DNA of 59,678 bases, filler included, from Sphacelaria rigidula (Eukaryota): the NCBI GenBank assembly GCA_964200075.2. It is 6 parts of 6 records of this genome, joined end to end, with 100 filler letters (N's around TTAATTAATTAA, not from the genome) between each part and the next. Parts side by side here need not be neighbours in the genome. Positions count along the whole stretch, not along the records: positions 19,928 to 29,790 come from CAXNAA020007603.1; positions 29,891 to 39,753 come from CAXNAA020007604.1; 4 more parts are not named here. One strand, given 5' to 3'. Position 1 is the first letter of the stretch. Every line of letters starts with the position of its first letter. A program made the translations under genes and the position numbers. This document shows positions 25,569 to 39,017 of the stretch, in pieces. Below the pieces are notes generated by a model. The model had not been told where the DNA came from. It did not search any database and worked only from the letters and a program-made list of their open reading frames with translations.

Positions 25569-28500
25569 ATGGGATCTGCGGCAAGCGCGCCCATCAAGAA
25601 GCAGGCGAAGGCCCTCAAGGGTCGGCGGTACATGCGGGGTATGCGTCCAGAGAAATATTTTGAGGTGGTAGTGAAGGAGCAGCACGGAGAGCTGTTTGAG
25701 ATTCTAGGTTTGTCCGTGGAAGAGGCCTTCGAGATATTTGTGAAGGTGATGGACAACGCATCCTATGTGTACTTATTCACTGGTGGCACGATAATATCTG
25801 CTACTTGCGCTGTTGCACTGCGCCTAGACCACCGCAGCGACAGCGCGCCGCTCTGTACTAGAAGAGATGTTAATGCTGCGTGGGATGGGTTGGTGAAGCG
25901 ATACCAAACACCTTGGTCGTCCGGCATGGGTGGGTGCGCCTCATTCCCTGCCGACAAATACGTATCGTTGGCATGTCTGCATACTCCTGCACAGCACCAC
26001 CGTATACGGTGCTCGGAGCCTATACTCGGTTATTTCGTTCACACCGGTGATGAGATGGACTGGTGTGATTGATCTCGCGAAATATTATAACTATACATGT
26101 CCACAAGCATTACAGTCGAATATTTTACCCTCATTATCCTCACTACGAGATGCCTGTGGGCGTGAAAAATGTACACACCCGTCCTTGCTACATGCATCTC
26201 AACGGGGCACTTCTTGGTTGAAAGACATCGCTATAATACTGTAGCTCGTGTGACTTGTAGCCGCACTAGTATACCATAAATAAAACTCCACAACAACACT
26301 ACGCCGTATGTACTGGAGGCTCAACCACTGTAGCAGCCCTACTCTTCCAAGACGCGCGAACGTCGCGGTGGAGAGTGCTGTAGATGACGATGTATCACAC
26401 CCCCGGTGTATCGAGGTTTCCAACCTATTGATCTCGAAATTCCGTCAGCCACATCACCATAAGTTGTGTTGTTGATCGAGTGCTTGTTTGAGAGAGCTCC
26501 CAGTTGCGAGAGAACGTCTTCTCTGGAGAGTGCGGGTTAGTGCCCCTAAAAAATCGAGGTAGCTAAATGTGTCATCGGGGGGTGTTGTACTTTGTCAGCC
26601 GTACATACGGCCCTGCGTAATGATGGTCTACCTCGAGAGCGCGCGCATTACACATGGAGACAACACTGAAACCTTCTACTCTCTTCCGCTGTCCCTACGA
26701 TTGCCGCCTGCCATTTACCTAAAATTGCAGTTCATCTCCATAGACGATGACAACTCTGGTGAGGTGAGCTGCATGACTGCGTATGATGCTTCCCTCCCGT
26801 CTGCCTTCATGACTATACTTCGTCTGAGTGCTGGCAGTACGCACATCACTCGACACCATACACCGCGGACCGCTCAGAAACAATATTTTTACCAGTCACG
26901 AAAGCTCAAGAAAGCCGAGCATTTGAGGTTTAGGGGAGGACATGAGAGAGTCGGAGGGGCTGCAACGTTGTGACGTCCTCATGGGGATGCCCGAGGGTTT
27001 TCCCCCCACCCCTCACGCACGGGCAGGTTTCCGTGGACGAATTTCATGGGCACCTGGACTGTCGCCCGACCAAGTTCAGCGAGCGAGTCTTCGCAATCTT
27101 GGACCAAGACATGAGTGGCATGCTTGACTTCAGGGAGTTTGTGGTGGGGGTTTGGAATTACTGCACCTACGACACCCTTCTGCTGACCAAGGTGCGTGGA
27201 ACCGCGAGTACCCCTCAAATCGAGCGCCCCTCAATGTAGGCAGGTCGCACTTGCCTTGCGATTTCCTTTTCGGACTGACGTGTATTGAAAAAGTATTCGA
27301 GACATATTAACTCGATGAGACATGCAGCGCCGAGCGAAACGCAACCATTTCATTGCGACGCGTTCGGGGTCGGTCTCTGATGCGGGAAAGAGGAATACTC
27401 TTATGCTGTTGAAGTGGGTATTCGGCTGTCAGTCCTCGATCGATATCAAACTAACACGTAGCGCCGCTCTGCACGGTTTGAAGATTAATGAGCCGGTGAA
27501 ATCCGCTCGCTCGCAACAAGTAGGAAAGATAACTGCCGACGATCAAAGTAGTCGAAGGTTGCCGAAATGGATCACGCTTAGCCTTTGTGAGCGCGTGCAG
27601 ATAGACACCCAAGTCTTAGTATCATTTTCAAGTCAGCATGATTCCAATTCAATAGATGAACACAACTGTGCGGTAAAAAGGTTGAGCTCGCCATATATTG
27701 CGAAAGCACATTCTTCTCTCCCCCTCCCCTCCCCGGCGCTTCACGCTTGGTGATTGAGAGCAAGCCTGGTCCGGCGAAAACCTGGCGTGCTCCGTCCCGG
27801 CTTTGTAGGGATGCGAGGTCAACGGTCTTATGACTATAGTATAGCATGAATGATCATGAGTACACCCTCCTCTCCCCCTTGTCTAATGTATGGAAGAAAC
27901 GTAATGAGCGCCGGAAAGTTGGAGGTGTCTCTATAAGGAGTAGGAAGGGTGCTTTGTCTCGAAAGGGATGCATGGTCAATGGTCAAACGACTGAAGCAAG
28001 CAACAAATGAGTACGCCCCCCTCCCCCTCCCAGTTGTAGTCCGATTTGAAGCCCCCAGTCATGGTGACATCTTCTCCCCTTTGGTGCGTCTCAGCTGATG
28101 GGTCACTCTTCGCCTGTTTCCGCCACCGACAATTCTTGGTCTTCATCGTTCTTCTCGCTTGTGGGCCATCTCCCATGATGTCTCCCGTTTCCCCTATCTT
28201 ACTTGTTCTCACTGTTTTGCAAAGAACAGCTCATCTTTGATATTTTTGACGTGGATAAACGGGGAAAGATGAGCATGCCAGAGTTCGATGCCATGATTCG
28301 TATGCTGTACGCAACCGAAGACGCCGACCCGGATCTGGTTCGACTGCTGGCCATCAACGGCAGCGGAGATGAGGACGAGCTTTCCTTCCAGGAGTTCTTA
28401 GGGGTAAGATAAAAGCAAATGCGCAGTACATATCAGGCTTTGTCTTGCGCGGGTTCAACTCCAAGAATGTTTAGTATCGGGCGGTTAGCCCTTTCAGCGT

Positions 28501-29314
28501 CTGCACGTCGAAACCTGTTACTGACAGTCATTTTAGGCGGTAAACATAAATGTAGTACAACATCGTCATCAGCATAGTGAGCGATATGCGCTGTGCGAAT
28601 GAACCCAGATAGATCGCTTCTGGTAGGATACAGTAGCAGCCCGTTCATACGAAGCTGAAAATCAGACCCAGTCTAAGTTGCTCATCTGATTCAAAGGCAT
28701 ACTTTTTTGGACTTAGTGTGGCGCTCGTCGCTGAGGCTTGATACGTTGTTCTTTTTTCATAATATACCAGCCTGGTTTTCTTACAAACTCACTTCTTGTG
28801 GGCTGGTCGCTACTCTAGCTGCCCAAGCACGTCTTCTTCGCTCAGGCTTTTACTTCTGAAACGATATGTAGATTTGATAATTTGTTGAATATTTCTCGTG
28901 ATTTTGATATCTCCCTTATGACATGTGTTATTTCCCAACAGTCTGTCCCTACAGCCGAGAAAAATGTATGTGTATAATTTTTTTGGTACCAGCACCTCAG
29001 GGACAAGATAATTACACCCGTTGTTGAACTCTCGGGGAGAGTAAGAGTATTTCGTCGGGTCAACTGGTGAGTTGCTTTGTCGGGCCATCGCCATGCGGTC
29101 GTGGTTATAGTCAGTATCCTGTTCCCGCGTATTGTGTTGTTTCCCGTCTCTGTCGCGGCGGGGGATCTCTGTCCAGAAGGTTGTAGAGGAGAATTATCAG
29201 GTGGTACAGCCCGCTTTCAATCTTCAGCAGTCTATCCGCAGCATGGTGCTGGGCGTCAAGTACTGGGAAAAAATGACGCGAAAACGGAAGAAAATGTTCG
29301 CGAGCTATGACCAG
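25569..29314 (+). CDS. Putatively N-myristoylated EF-hand calcium-binding protein (calcineurin-B/NCS-like); exons 25569-25745, 26731-26763, 27027-27191, 28230-28403, 29177-29314; 3' end unresolved
   Basis: GT-AG introns, all phase 0. MGSAAS myristoylation consensus. EF loops DDDNSGE|VSVDE (split by an intron), DQDMSGMLDFRE and DVDKRGKMSMPE, plus a degenerate fourth loop ending ELSFQEF. Confidence 0.92.
27758..28031. repeat. Two copies (c: 27758-27880; d: 27948-28031) of the C-tract-ended interspersed repeat in an EF-hand gene intron
   Basis: Copy c matches 9725-9837; copy d matches 10741-10820 and 49817-49910. Confidence 0.8.
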
Positions 29315-29790
29315 GTATAGAGGAACCCGGTCCGCTGTTGAAGAACAATCGCTCGTGGGCCCACGCATACGTGTCTGAGGTACTGAAGATAGAATGATCA
29401 ACTGTGTGTGCATATAGTTGTTGTCTAAGCTATGTACTCATTTGTCTTCATTTGTCTTCATATCTTAATGCTGTCTTGTAGTAAAAAACGACAATGATAA
29501 CGGCGTCGACACCAACACCACCAACACCACCACCATCACCAACAACAACAACACTCAGGTTCTTCAAGCAGCTCAAGTTTCAGTAGCGGGTCGAGTCTGT
29601 ATATACATGCAACGGGATGCGAGCATATGTGTGTGTGCAAGTGTGCACAAGCAAGCGCATTTTCCGGAGCTTAACCGGGTATACAGACTCGCTGACAATG
29701 AGTCAAGGGCGTGCACCATACCCCCGAGCAATGCTACGGTAGGGGTGCACTTTTTTCGCGAAATTTTGTCTGGTTCTGGGGCTCCTGACG

Positions 29791-29890
29791 NNNNNNNNNN
29801 NNNNNNNNNNNNNNNNNNNNNNNNNNNNNNNNNNTTAATTAATTAANNNNNNNNNNNNNNNNNNNNNNNNNNNNNNNNNNNNNNNNNNNN
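29791..29890. other. Artificial contig spacer
   Basis: N44-TTAATTAATTAA-N44. Confidence 0.99.
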
Positions 29891-30767
29891 CAAGTCCGGT
29901 CCGTATTCCGACAAGTGATCTGCAGCCACATCGCTCTTTTGTTGTTGGGCAATGGTACTAAAATAGACTCGAGATTGATCCTCCGGAACGAATGTGTTTT
30001 CTGACGGGCCATCGTGGCACGGGGGGTTTTGCAGGGCGTGTGGTGCAGTAGAAGAAAGTTGGATTTCGTACACAGTTAGGGATGGACGACACCTAGGAAA
30101 GGAAGTGGATGTGGATGTTTGCAATAGTTGTTTGGAGCTATGAGAAACAGGGGAGAAACAGTCCCGATCGGACTGCAATTTCGACGGCACAGCCGGGGTT
30201 GTCCGGCACCATGAGACATACATGCAGGGCGTAGCGGATTTACTATCCTAAAAGTTGTCAACGCTACTTTATTCTTCAACATAGATTCCGAGGGGTCGGT
30301 AGAAAGCGGTGCTGATCTGTTCGGGATCTGGGAAACACCGACCTGTTCTACGACAAGGCCTTCATCCGCTGTGCCCGGCACCCGGGCACCTTCTTGGTGG
30401 GTGGATGCAGCGACAACTACAGGTTTATATATACAGTGTCATCCGGGAGAGCCTTCTCCTGGTGTCGCGCATAGCGCACTCTAGAGCCGGCTGTTCCAGG
30501 GGCTTTTGGGAAGTTTGCAAGGTCGGTCCGTTCGTGACGAGATGCGTGGCGCTTGGTCGGCACTGTCGCTTGGGGTTCCTTGCCAATCCGCTGAGCTACG
30601 GAAAGCAAGGGTTCGGCACTGGCGCGCGTAGTGCACGAAATATTACGCTCATCAAATGAAAGGGGCCCGGGCACATGCGGAATTTCGCACGCATGTGTTA
30701 CCGAGTTCGACTGGACTCCTGAGTCCTTCTCGGGGCTGGGGAGTCTCTATAAAGGTTTCATCCTACG

Positions 30768-31060
30768 CACGGGTTGCCACTGGGGTCTGTAACCTGGCCA
30801 TTTTGGGACCTTATCCACACTTGGTTAGGTCCGCGGATTAGGTGGACAACTAAAGAGCATTCGCACAGCATGGACAGGTTCGAAACAAAGTATGTTCCAG
30901 TCTGCAGGGGAGTCACCCGCCTATAGACTGGGACATGTTTTGTTTCGATCCTGTCCATGCTGTGCGAATCCTCTTCAGTTGTCTACCCAACCCGCGGACC
31001 TTGCCAAAGGTGGATAAGGTTGCAAAATGGCCAGGTTACAGACCCCAGTGGCCACCCGTG
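30768..31060. mobile_element. ~290-bp foldback MITE with CAC...GTG termini
   Basis: CACGGGTTGCCACTGGGGTCTGTAACCTGGCCATTTTG... / ...CAAAATGGCCAGGTTACAGACCCCAGTGGCCACCCGTG. Arms pair over ~140 bp. Flanked by CG on both sides (possible 2-bp TSD). Confidence 0.85.
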
Positions 31061-34000
31061 CGATGAACGGTCGTAGGGTTAACGGCTACCGTATCAGAAG
31101 ATGTTCCTGCTTCCAAGGGGGTAGGCGCTACGCTACACGACTGCCGATTCCGCGGGGCGATCGGATACAACTGGCATTGATTACTACCACTCGGAAATAC
31201 AACTGGGTGATCAGATCCAGCATGAAAACACTGGGGTTGGTCATTGCGCATTTGGGAGTCATGCAATGTTGCACGGGACTGTGCTGTCATGGAACCCGTC
31301 ATGACAGAACGGTCAACGCTAGCGTACCCACACCACACGCGAGAACCCAAGCTTGCCGACGAGGGTACTTTCAAGTGGTGATGGTGCACTGGCTGAGTGA
31401 AAGAAAATCTATTGCCACGATTTGTTGTTGAAAGGTGCTGGGGCCCGACTGTGGACCTGTAGTCGACAATGGGGTTTGAAGTAAAAGTGTTACGCTTCGT
31501 TGTGGGAGACAGCACGGTTGTTGAGGACTGAGGCGGAGCGAACAAAAATAAAGGAAACATAGTGGCAGGGTAGTGTCGACAGTTTTCGATCGACGTGTAG
31601 GTCCGCGCACTCCGCACATGTAGCGGTCTATCACCTGTTTAATTAGGTGCAGACGAAAGGGATATATACACATATATATGTCGAAGGCACACAACAAACC
31701 GTATGTGTGTGTGTGTGTGTGTTGGAATAAATTGTAACAGCAAGAGACAAGAAAACGAAGGTTGTCACAATCAATAGACATACATTGTCTGTCACCACCG
31801 CAACAGCGCATTAACAAACCTGCGTGCCACGAAGGAATAGACGTGTCGGATGCAGCGAACAGCAACGTCAAACCGCTCAGTTTTATGTTGAGAACACGTT
31901 GAGGCTGAGAAAAAAACAAAACTACCGGATGCCGTGTGTCTAGAGGCAATACCGGCGCAGCTGCCGATACTTATTACAGTACCGCGTAGTCACTGAAAAT
32001 CGCCGAGTCGGGGGTCGGTGACGTATCATCGTGCAGGTAAACAGTCAATAAATGTACAAGCGCAACCATAATACAAATATGGAGTGCAGGACAACAGCAG
32101 CGTACACAACACCAGACAGCAAAATGCGCGGTGGCACACTACAGTACACATCATGATCTTCGCGTGGGGTAGCGGAGGGTTGGGTCAAGGGTGCTGTGTA
32201 CCGACGTCAATTCGTTCGTATTACACGAAGAACACCCGACACCCGCTATATCCGTGCCGTCTTCATATCTACAATGCAATATAGACGATTTCGGTCAGAT
32301 ACTGCAGCAGTAACACGTATACACGCCACGGTACCTCGCCGTCCGCAACATATTGACCGCCGAGACCATTTGGAACTCACACACACAGGACCTTGGGAAG
32401 AGGGTGGTACTGTAGTGTTATCACGGATGTTCGGATCACATACATTGTACAGGGTGGGGTCGGATGTACAGTCAACGCCCAGGTTGGGCACAAAACAAAT
32501 GGGATGCACGGTGAGCATGTCTCGAGACAGCAAAATACGGTCAACATTAGCTACAAGGAAATGAAAGGCCGACGGTAGATGCGGTGGGGTGGGTATAGCG
32601 AAAGAATGCATGCTGATACAGTGCCGGTGGTGGTAAAAAAGAGTTGGTAGCTGGTAATGTACGGGCAGCTCATGTGAAAAAAATATAATGGGGCAGACAC
32701 GGTATAAATTGGACTCTACATGGTGACTCGCATCCGCTACAGAGTAAATGGGTATCATTGCTGGGGTGGTTGCCACAGAGAGGCAGCTGGGACGAGCAGG
32801 TGAGGATGGTGTAGGGGCAAGTGCTATTGCTCGCGTACGTTCGCGTCGCAGTCGGCGCAGGGTGCGAGCGTCTAATGTATCAGAAGCCCTTGGACTCATA
32901 CCGCCAGGGATAGATAACATGACAGAGCAACAGCTACAGACGGCTAGACGATGAACACCAACAGAGATACGCATGCAAAGCACACACAGTAGTGTAGTAT
33001 ACACGGCAGTCCCGCACTCAAAACAACGTACAGCAGAGGCAGTGCGGGACCTCCAACTGTGACGTGATAGGGGTGAAGCACCTTGTGAAGGGTGTAATGG
33101 TGTGTTCACCACGATTGTTCCAGGTTCAGACCTCAGTGTACGTTGTTTGTTTACTCGGCTCAGCAGCGCGGCTGACCACAGCCGCTCTAATGTAGATCAC
33201 ACAAAGAGACAACGAGCAATTACAGACGAGTAGAACCGATTTTGTTTCACACAATTGATTGTATACGAGCTTCATCTACAGCTTCAGCTACATAACACAA
33301 ATATAACACAGACCGAAACAGGCCTAGGCCTTGATCAATACAACACACCAGACAAAACAGTAGCCCGCTACTGCTCTCATCTCTGGGACTCACTTTCTCG
33401 CGGTTTGTAGATACTCCAGGGGGAACTGTTGAATCGCAGCCAAAACCGGAATGAGACGAGATTTAGGCTCGTAGGGGCTGGTTATTCAAACGTATTTCGC
33501 CGCCCCCTAAATCAACATCAACTGAGGTCATACCATAAAATTCAAGAGACGGGCTCCTCAATTCATGCCATGGTTGGGGTCAGTACCTCTTTTTGCATTC
33601 AAATACATGCTCTCCGTAGACGTCAATTCAAGTGGCAGCCAATTCTCCGCTATTTGAGTATGAAAATGTCCATCATTTAATTTCACCTTTGCCCAAGATC
33701 ATGGCTACGTCCTGCAGTCACATCATATCACAAAAGGACATACCCTACAGAGCACAATATTCCGGGACAACACGACTACCCCCACACTCCTGGCCACAAT
33801 CAAGCTTTCATCACTCCCACATACATATCAAAACATAATCACGGCGGTATGCGCTACAAATGTTCTTCTCCTTAGTATACCCCGTCATGCCCCACCACTA
33901 CGGATTTCTTTGGTATATGTACAAACATACTTCATTACTTTTGTATGAGAAAACAAGCATTATGGCTGACGGAAACGGATGATTCTCGTCCTACTCCAGC

Positions 34001-34527
34001 GTATTTCATCGACTGGCGGTTGCCCGAGTATGTAGGTGGGGCCATGGGTGGGGGGGGGGCTGCATGAAGCCCTTTCAAACGTCTGATGAGAGTGATACTC
34101 CGATGTCAGTACGTCGTTCAACACGCCAAGGCATACGAGCCACAGGCGTCGGAGCACACGCAACTCCACGATCATGAATTGGGTGCTGAACAATGCACTT
34201 CGAGTGATCATCAGACCTTCCTCTCCGCTGACCATTTCATCACGCAAAGCGATATAACACCCGACAACGTTATCACACGAATAGTAACTAAAACTTTGCT
34301 TACATTTAGACTACAGCGAACAATGTGCGACGGAAACATATTCGGCTGACGCCGGCGTCGTCCATGAACTGACCAACACCCGCCTTACTTCGAACAGTCG
34401 AAGAATCACACTACATGGACCATCCAACGGTCAACACTGACGATCATGAGCGAGAAGACAAAAATGCTAGCTACACCGGGCGCGGGTGTGGATCCCCGTC
34501 TTTTTCACGTACGTATTTCGTTGCTGA

Positions 34528-37500
34528 CTACATGGGCGCAGGTGTTGGTTGAGCGCTAGAGGGAGTAGGTGTCGGTTGAGCGCTAGAGGGCGCAGGTGTT
34601 GGTTGAGCGCTAGACGGAGCAGGTGTCGGTTGACCGGTAAAAGAAGTAGGTGTTGGTTGAGCGCTAGACGGAGCAGGTGTCGGTTGACCGGTAAAAGAAG
34701 TAGGTGTCGGTTGAGCGCTAGAGGGAGAAGGTGTCGGTTGAACGGTAGTGGGAGCAGGTGTCGGCTGAGCGGTAGTGGGAGCAGGTGTGGGCGGCGCGGT
34801 CGTGGGCGCCGGTGTTGGAGAGTTCCCGTTGAGGAGAACCAGCTGCAAGACGCAGTTGTTGTCCGCGACAGTACAAACAACCGGGAACGTCTGAACCGGG
34901 TTTCCCCACACTGCGGTGAACGTGGAGGCCACCCGTGGGGTACGACCGACGACACTGCCGTTGACCACCACGACCACGAACGGGTTCGAGTCAGCTCGGG
35001 AGCCACTTGTGTCGAAAATCGTGACCGACCTGATGGTGATCCTCACCTGGTGCGGGTTCACGACAGTGTCAACGTCAACATGGGTCAACAAAGGGTCAGT
35101 CAAGTTGTCCACACGCCATTACGGGTTAATAATACCATGGTCTAGATCACGACCATCATATGGCAAACATCGACAGCACAAGATCGGGGAGTGACCTTCT
35201 TCATCCTCTATACATATATTTCACGTCGAAGCAGAAACCGACTAGCGGATTTGCACTTTCTTCCGTGCCGCTGTATCCATGACGGTGTCTCCACAATTCA
35301 ACGGTGTGTGAGGCTATGAAGTCGCAAAAGCAGTGTCCAAGGCTATTTGCCAAAGTGGACCCGTCACATTGCTTACGTTGAACACTTGTTGCAGACTGCG
35401 GGTCATGTCGACGTGCGAGACAGCGTCTGCTTGCGTTTCCCCGATCGACTCCAACCTTCGCCCACCCGCCGTCACGCTGAAGGTGATGGATCCTACGGGC
35501 TCTCCGGTTGGTCCGCTCACAATGGCCGACAACTCAGCGCCCACCACCAAAACTCCGATGGGGACAAATGCCTCGCCCAGCGCAACACCCGCAATTCCTG
35601 TAGCGTGTGTCGAGAAAGAGGCAGGGGTGTGAACCACGTCATAATTGAGCTACATGGCAATTCCATGCGCGCAGCACGTTTTTTTCTGTGATGACCATCG
35701 GGCCATATTAGACGGGCCAGAGGTTAGCACAATATCGTAAAATTATGGGCTCCCACCTATTATGCTAGCATAATAATTCCTGGCACATTTCCACCGTGGT
35801 TGCATGATGAGCATGATGTTTCAGCAAGTAGCATAAATAGCACTGCGTTTCAGCCAGTATCATAGCCGAGCACACTTTCCGCACTAGCAGCATAATCGAT
35901 AATACTTCTCCACCTCGGGGGTTGGCACACTGGTCTTATGCTGGTCAGGTGCAAAATTGCGGGTCAAACCTCCGCCATGCTCGACCACGGGTCTGAAAAA
36001 TGTGTACCCTCTGATACAAGTCGTTTACTGATACTGATGACAGTCTAAAATCTGCCATTCGAAAACGGCATCCTTGTTTTAGGTACCAAGGGCACAGTCG
36101 GGAATAAACCCACGTTGCGGGCATTAATCGAGCATACGTTTTGGTGACATTCCTACATCCCCAACCCAAGCATGTAATAGGTGAGAGTCTACTCTCGTAA
36201 CCAGCTCCCTCACCGGGTAGCAAGGGTAGGATGGGAAGCAGCACAACCCGGGACGGCGTAGGCTGCGCTGTTGTCGGAGCCGGTGTTGGCTGTCCTGTTG
36301 TCACAGCGGCAGTTGGCGCTGCTGTCGTCGGGGCCGGCGTCGGCATCATGGTCGGAGCCGGGGTCTTCACTGCAACACAAACGTAGACACACCAGGAACG
36401 GGACATCGTGTAATGCGTGAGAGGACCGCGGGCTTGGAGGACCGCGCCGTTGTTCAAAATACCTCAGGATCAACGTTTTTCAGAACCAATCGGGCCAGTC
36501 CCTGCAGGTACCACGCCCCTGACCCCAACCCCAACACTAGCCCTAACCCCAACCCTTGCCATAGGGATGTTCAAATCCCGATGCGGTCCTCCAAGCACGC
36601 GGTCCTCTCACGCATTACACGTCGTACACAAACGTGAGCACATCCTGCGCAAATTCCAACATTGCAAATAACATGATCATGCCAAGAAATCAACCCTCTC
36701 GTCGAAGCATAATTTAGGGTTGACCTGTACCCCTGTCACAGGTCGATGTTTGTTTCTGCACACGCGGGAACGATATATTACTGACGTGAACCCACGATCT
36801 CGATTTGGGCCACCTTCACTACTCGTGGACGGGGTTTTCATATGTCGACGATGCTCTCACCACGGCGTCTCCTACTACCCCTTCGCCCACGGCGTCTCCG
36901 GCCACCCCTGCGCCTCTTGCCCCTGCCTCTCCTTCTCCTTCTCCTCCCCCGTCCATTCCGCCCTCTCCGTAGAATCCTCTTGTCTGGTTCCGGTGGGCAG
37001 TGTGAGTATTAGAAAGCACATACATGGTTAAACAAGGACCAGCCGGCGATTACATGGCAGTTGTGGGTTTGAGAAAGGATCCCGGTGTATCGAACACAGC
37101 ACCGCCGCCTTCAAAAGGGTGGCTGTAATTACTTCTAGTGTCGTGATAGTCATATAGTTGTGATCAAAAAGGACTTCAAGCCGTTCGCGTGCAGTGCAAA
37201 TGCCGCGCATTCACAGAGAAACACTTGTGCTGGGGAAGTATATAAACCTTTTTGATTCCGAGAGAGGGAGGATCTATACAACAGCGGCATACCTTGTTTT
37301 GATTCACGTACGACGGAGCTTGGAGTCGTCGCGGCCGGGGACGCCACGCGCAAGGCAGTCGAGCCCTCCTCCTCCCTTCGCGTCACTGATCCGGACGATG
37401 ATCCTTGACAGAATAAATGATGTTCATGCAATTCACAAGACGAAGTACCAAGGCGGTGCACACATTCAGTTTCGCGCAGTGGGGATACGTGGCGTACAGC

Positions 37501-38072
37501 GGTCAAATGTTTGCGACGAATGGTATAGCTCATATTATCAATAATGCTTGAGTCTCACCAAACCACAACTCATCCACCACGCCTACTGTCACCATGTAAG
37601 ATATGCAATACATCCACTCAGGTTCGATTCCTCCGAGACCATCTTAACGTCTTCTTTTGCGGAAGGAAACAATCTGAGAAAACGTCTGGGATACACACCT
37701 GAAAGCACGGTATACATCACCAGTCGTCAGGCAAAAGACACGTGTTCCCGCCTTCAAGCGGGCGAAACGCTTGGGGCAGCACTGATTGGAGGGATTGCAA
37801 CCCTCGGGTAGACACCGGAGTGCAACAGTCTAACGAGCTGTCGGACCCCGCTTGTACTTTTCCTAGATATACACATATCCACTGAGCTATCTGATTAATA
37901 GCTCAGTGGATGTGTCGTATATCCAGCACACCTGCCACCCAAGCAGTTCACCAGTGTGGGGAAATCCTGCCGCAACAAAGTACCTCTCACCTCCGACAGT
38001 AGGGCGTGCGTAGAGGGCCAAGCAGAAGGTGATCCCAACCACACATGATAACAGCTTCTTTGTTGACCACAT
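34528..38072 (-). CDS. Secreted Pro/Thr-rich (mucin-like) protein with C2-like segments; one apparent frameshift (possible pseudogene); exons 38072-37991, 36369-36214, 35649-35377, 35046-34528
   Basis: Signal-peptide-like MWSTKKLLSCVVGITFCLALYARPTVG. Phase-1 splice into PTPAPTT repeats. Phase-0 joins CCFPSYPCYP|LNYDVVH and RSLQQVFN|VRITIRSV. Exon 2 needs an indel near 36252 to connect. About 10 copies of a 10-aa QPTPAPxxA repeat precede TAG. Confidence 0.7.
36409..36619. mobile_element. Telomere-repeat-bearing MITE, copy 1
   Basis: ~37-bp TIR TGTAATGCGTGAGAGGACCGCG(T/G)GCTT(A/G)GAGGACCGC. Internal CCCCAACCCCAACACTAGCCCTAACCCCAACCC. Lies 40 bp from the exon 2 acceptor. Confidence 0.9.
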
Positions 38073-38801
38073 CCTTGTCACCACGTGCTGATGTCAACGG
38101 CAATCGCGATCTACCGAAGTCCGAGCAGCACAAGAGGGGAAATCGAAATCTCTCATTGTCTCCTCCGCTTTGGAAATGGGGTCAGACGGGTATACCAGCT
38201 CCCATGTCGAGTTTTCATGTGTGTTGAAACCCTTGCAAGGGCAATCTCCCCTGTCATGCCCCTCTTCACGAAACAAAATGATCCTGCGCAGAGAATGTGT
38301 TGAATCCCAATGAAAGAGTATACCATCCAATCCGCGCTCCCGGATTACACCTCGGGGCTCTTCCAGATACCCGCACAGAAGAGGGAATCGAGAGAAACTG
38401 GTGACAATCGTCGCCTCGGCTGTAACGACTGCACGAGCACACCTAGGAGGTATCGTGGTGATTAGCACGGGCAGCGGTGCACGTGTTCACACGACATGAC
38501 AGCAGTTTCAACAGGGCGTTAACAAGAGTAGGTATGTTTCTCCACCAGGGCACGCACCACAACCTACACAGTAGTATCCTCATGTCGCCTACGAGGAGGC
38601 GATCTGGGTCCTCGATGTATCACTAGGAATTCTCGCAGTCTCTCGTCGACAACGGGACGACCCACGTTTCAAGACTTCATCATGGACGCGGCGATCCAGT
38701 AAAGTTCACCGGCGTTGGGCTACAATTTTCCATAGTTGATTTTCACTCGGTTTGAGTATTTACGACGAAAATCGGATATGAGGTAGTGCTGACCGTCCCC
38801 T

Positions 38802-39011
38802 TGTAATGCGTGAGAGGACCGCGTGCTTAGAGGACCGCGCCGTAGTTCAAAAACCTCAGGATCGATGTTTTTCAAAACCAATCGGGCCAGTCCCTGCACG
38901 TACGACGCCCCTGACCCTAACCCTAACCCCAACACTAACCCTGACCCTAATCGTGGGGATGTTCAAATTCCGATGCGGTCCTCTAAGCACGCGGTCTTCT
39001 CACACTTTACA
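38802..39011. mobile_element. Telomere-repeat-bearing MITE, copy 2
   Basis: Same TIRs; internal CCCTAACCCTAACCCCAACACTAACCCTGACCCTAA. Confidence 0.9.
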
Positions 39012-39017
39012 CAGGGG

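Noticed and set aside
32246..33112. 288-aa Cys-containing ORF on the minus strand as a continuation of the PT/C2 gene
   Set aside because: No supported splice link past the stop at 34528 and no recognisable domain.
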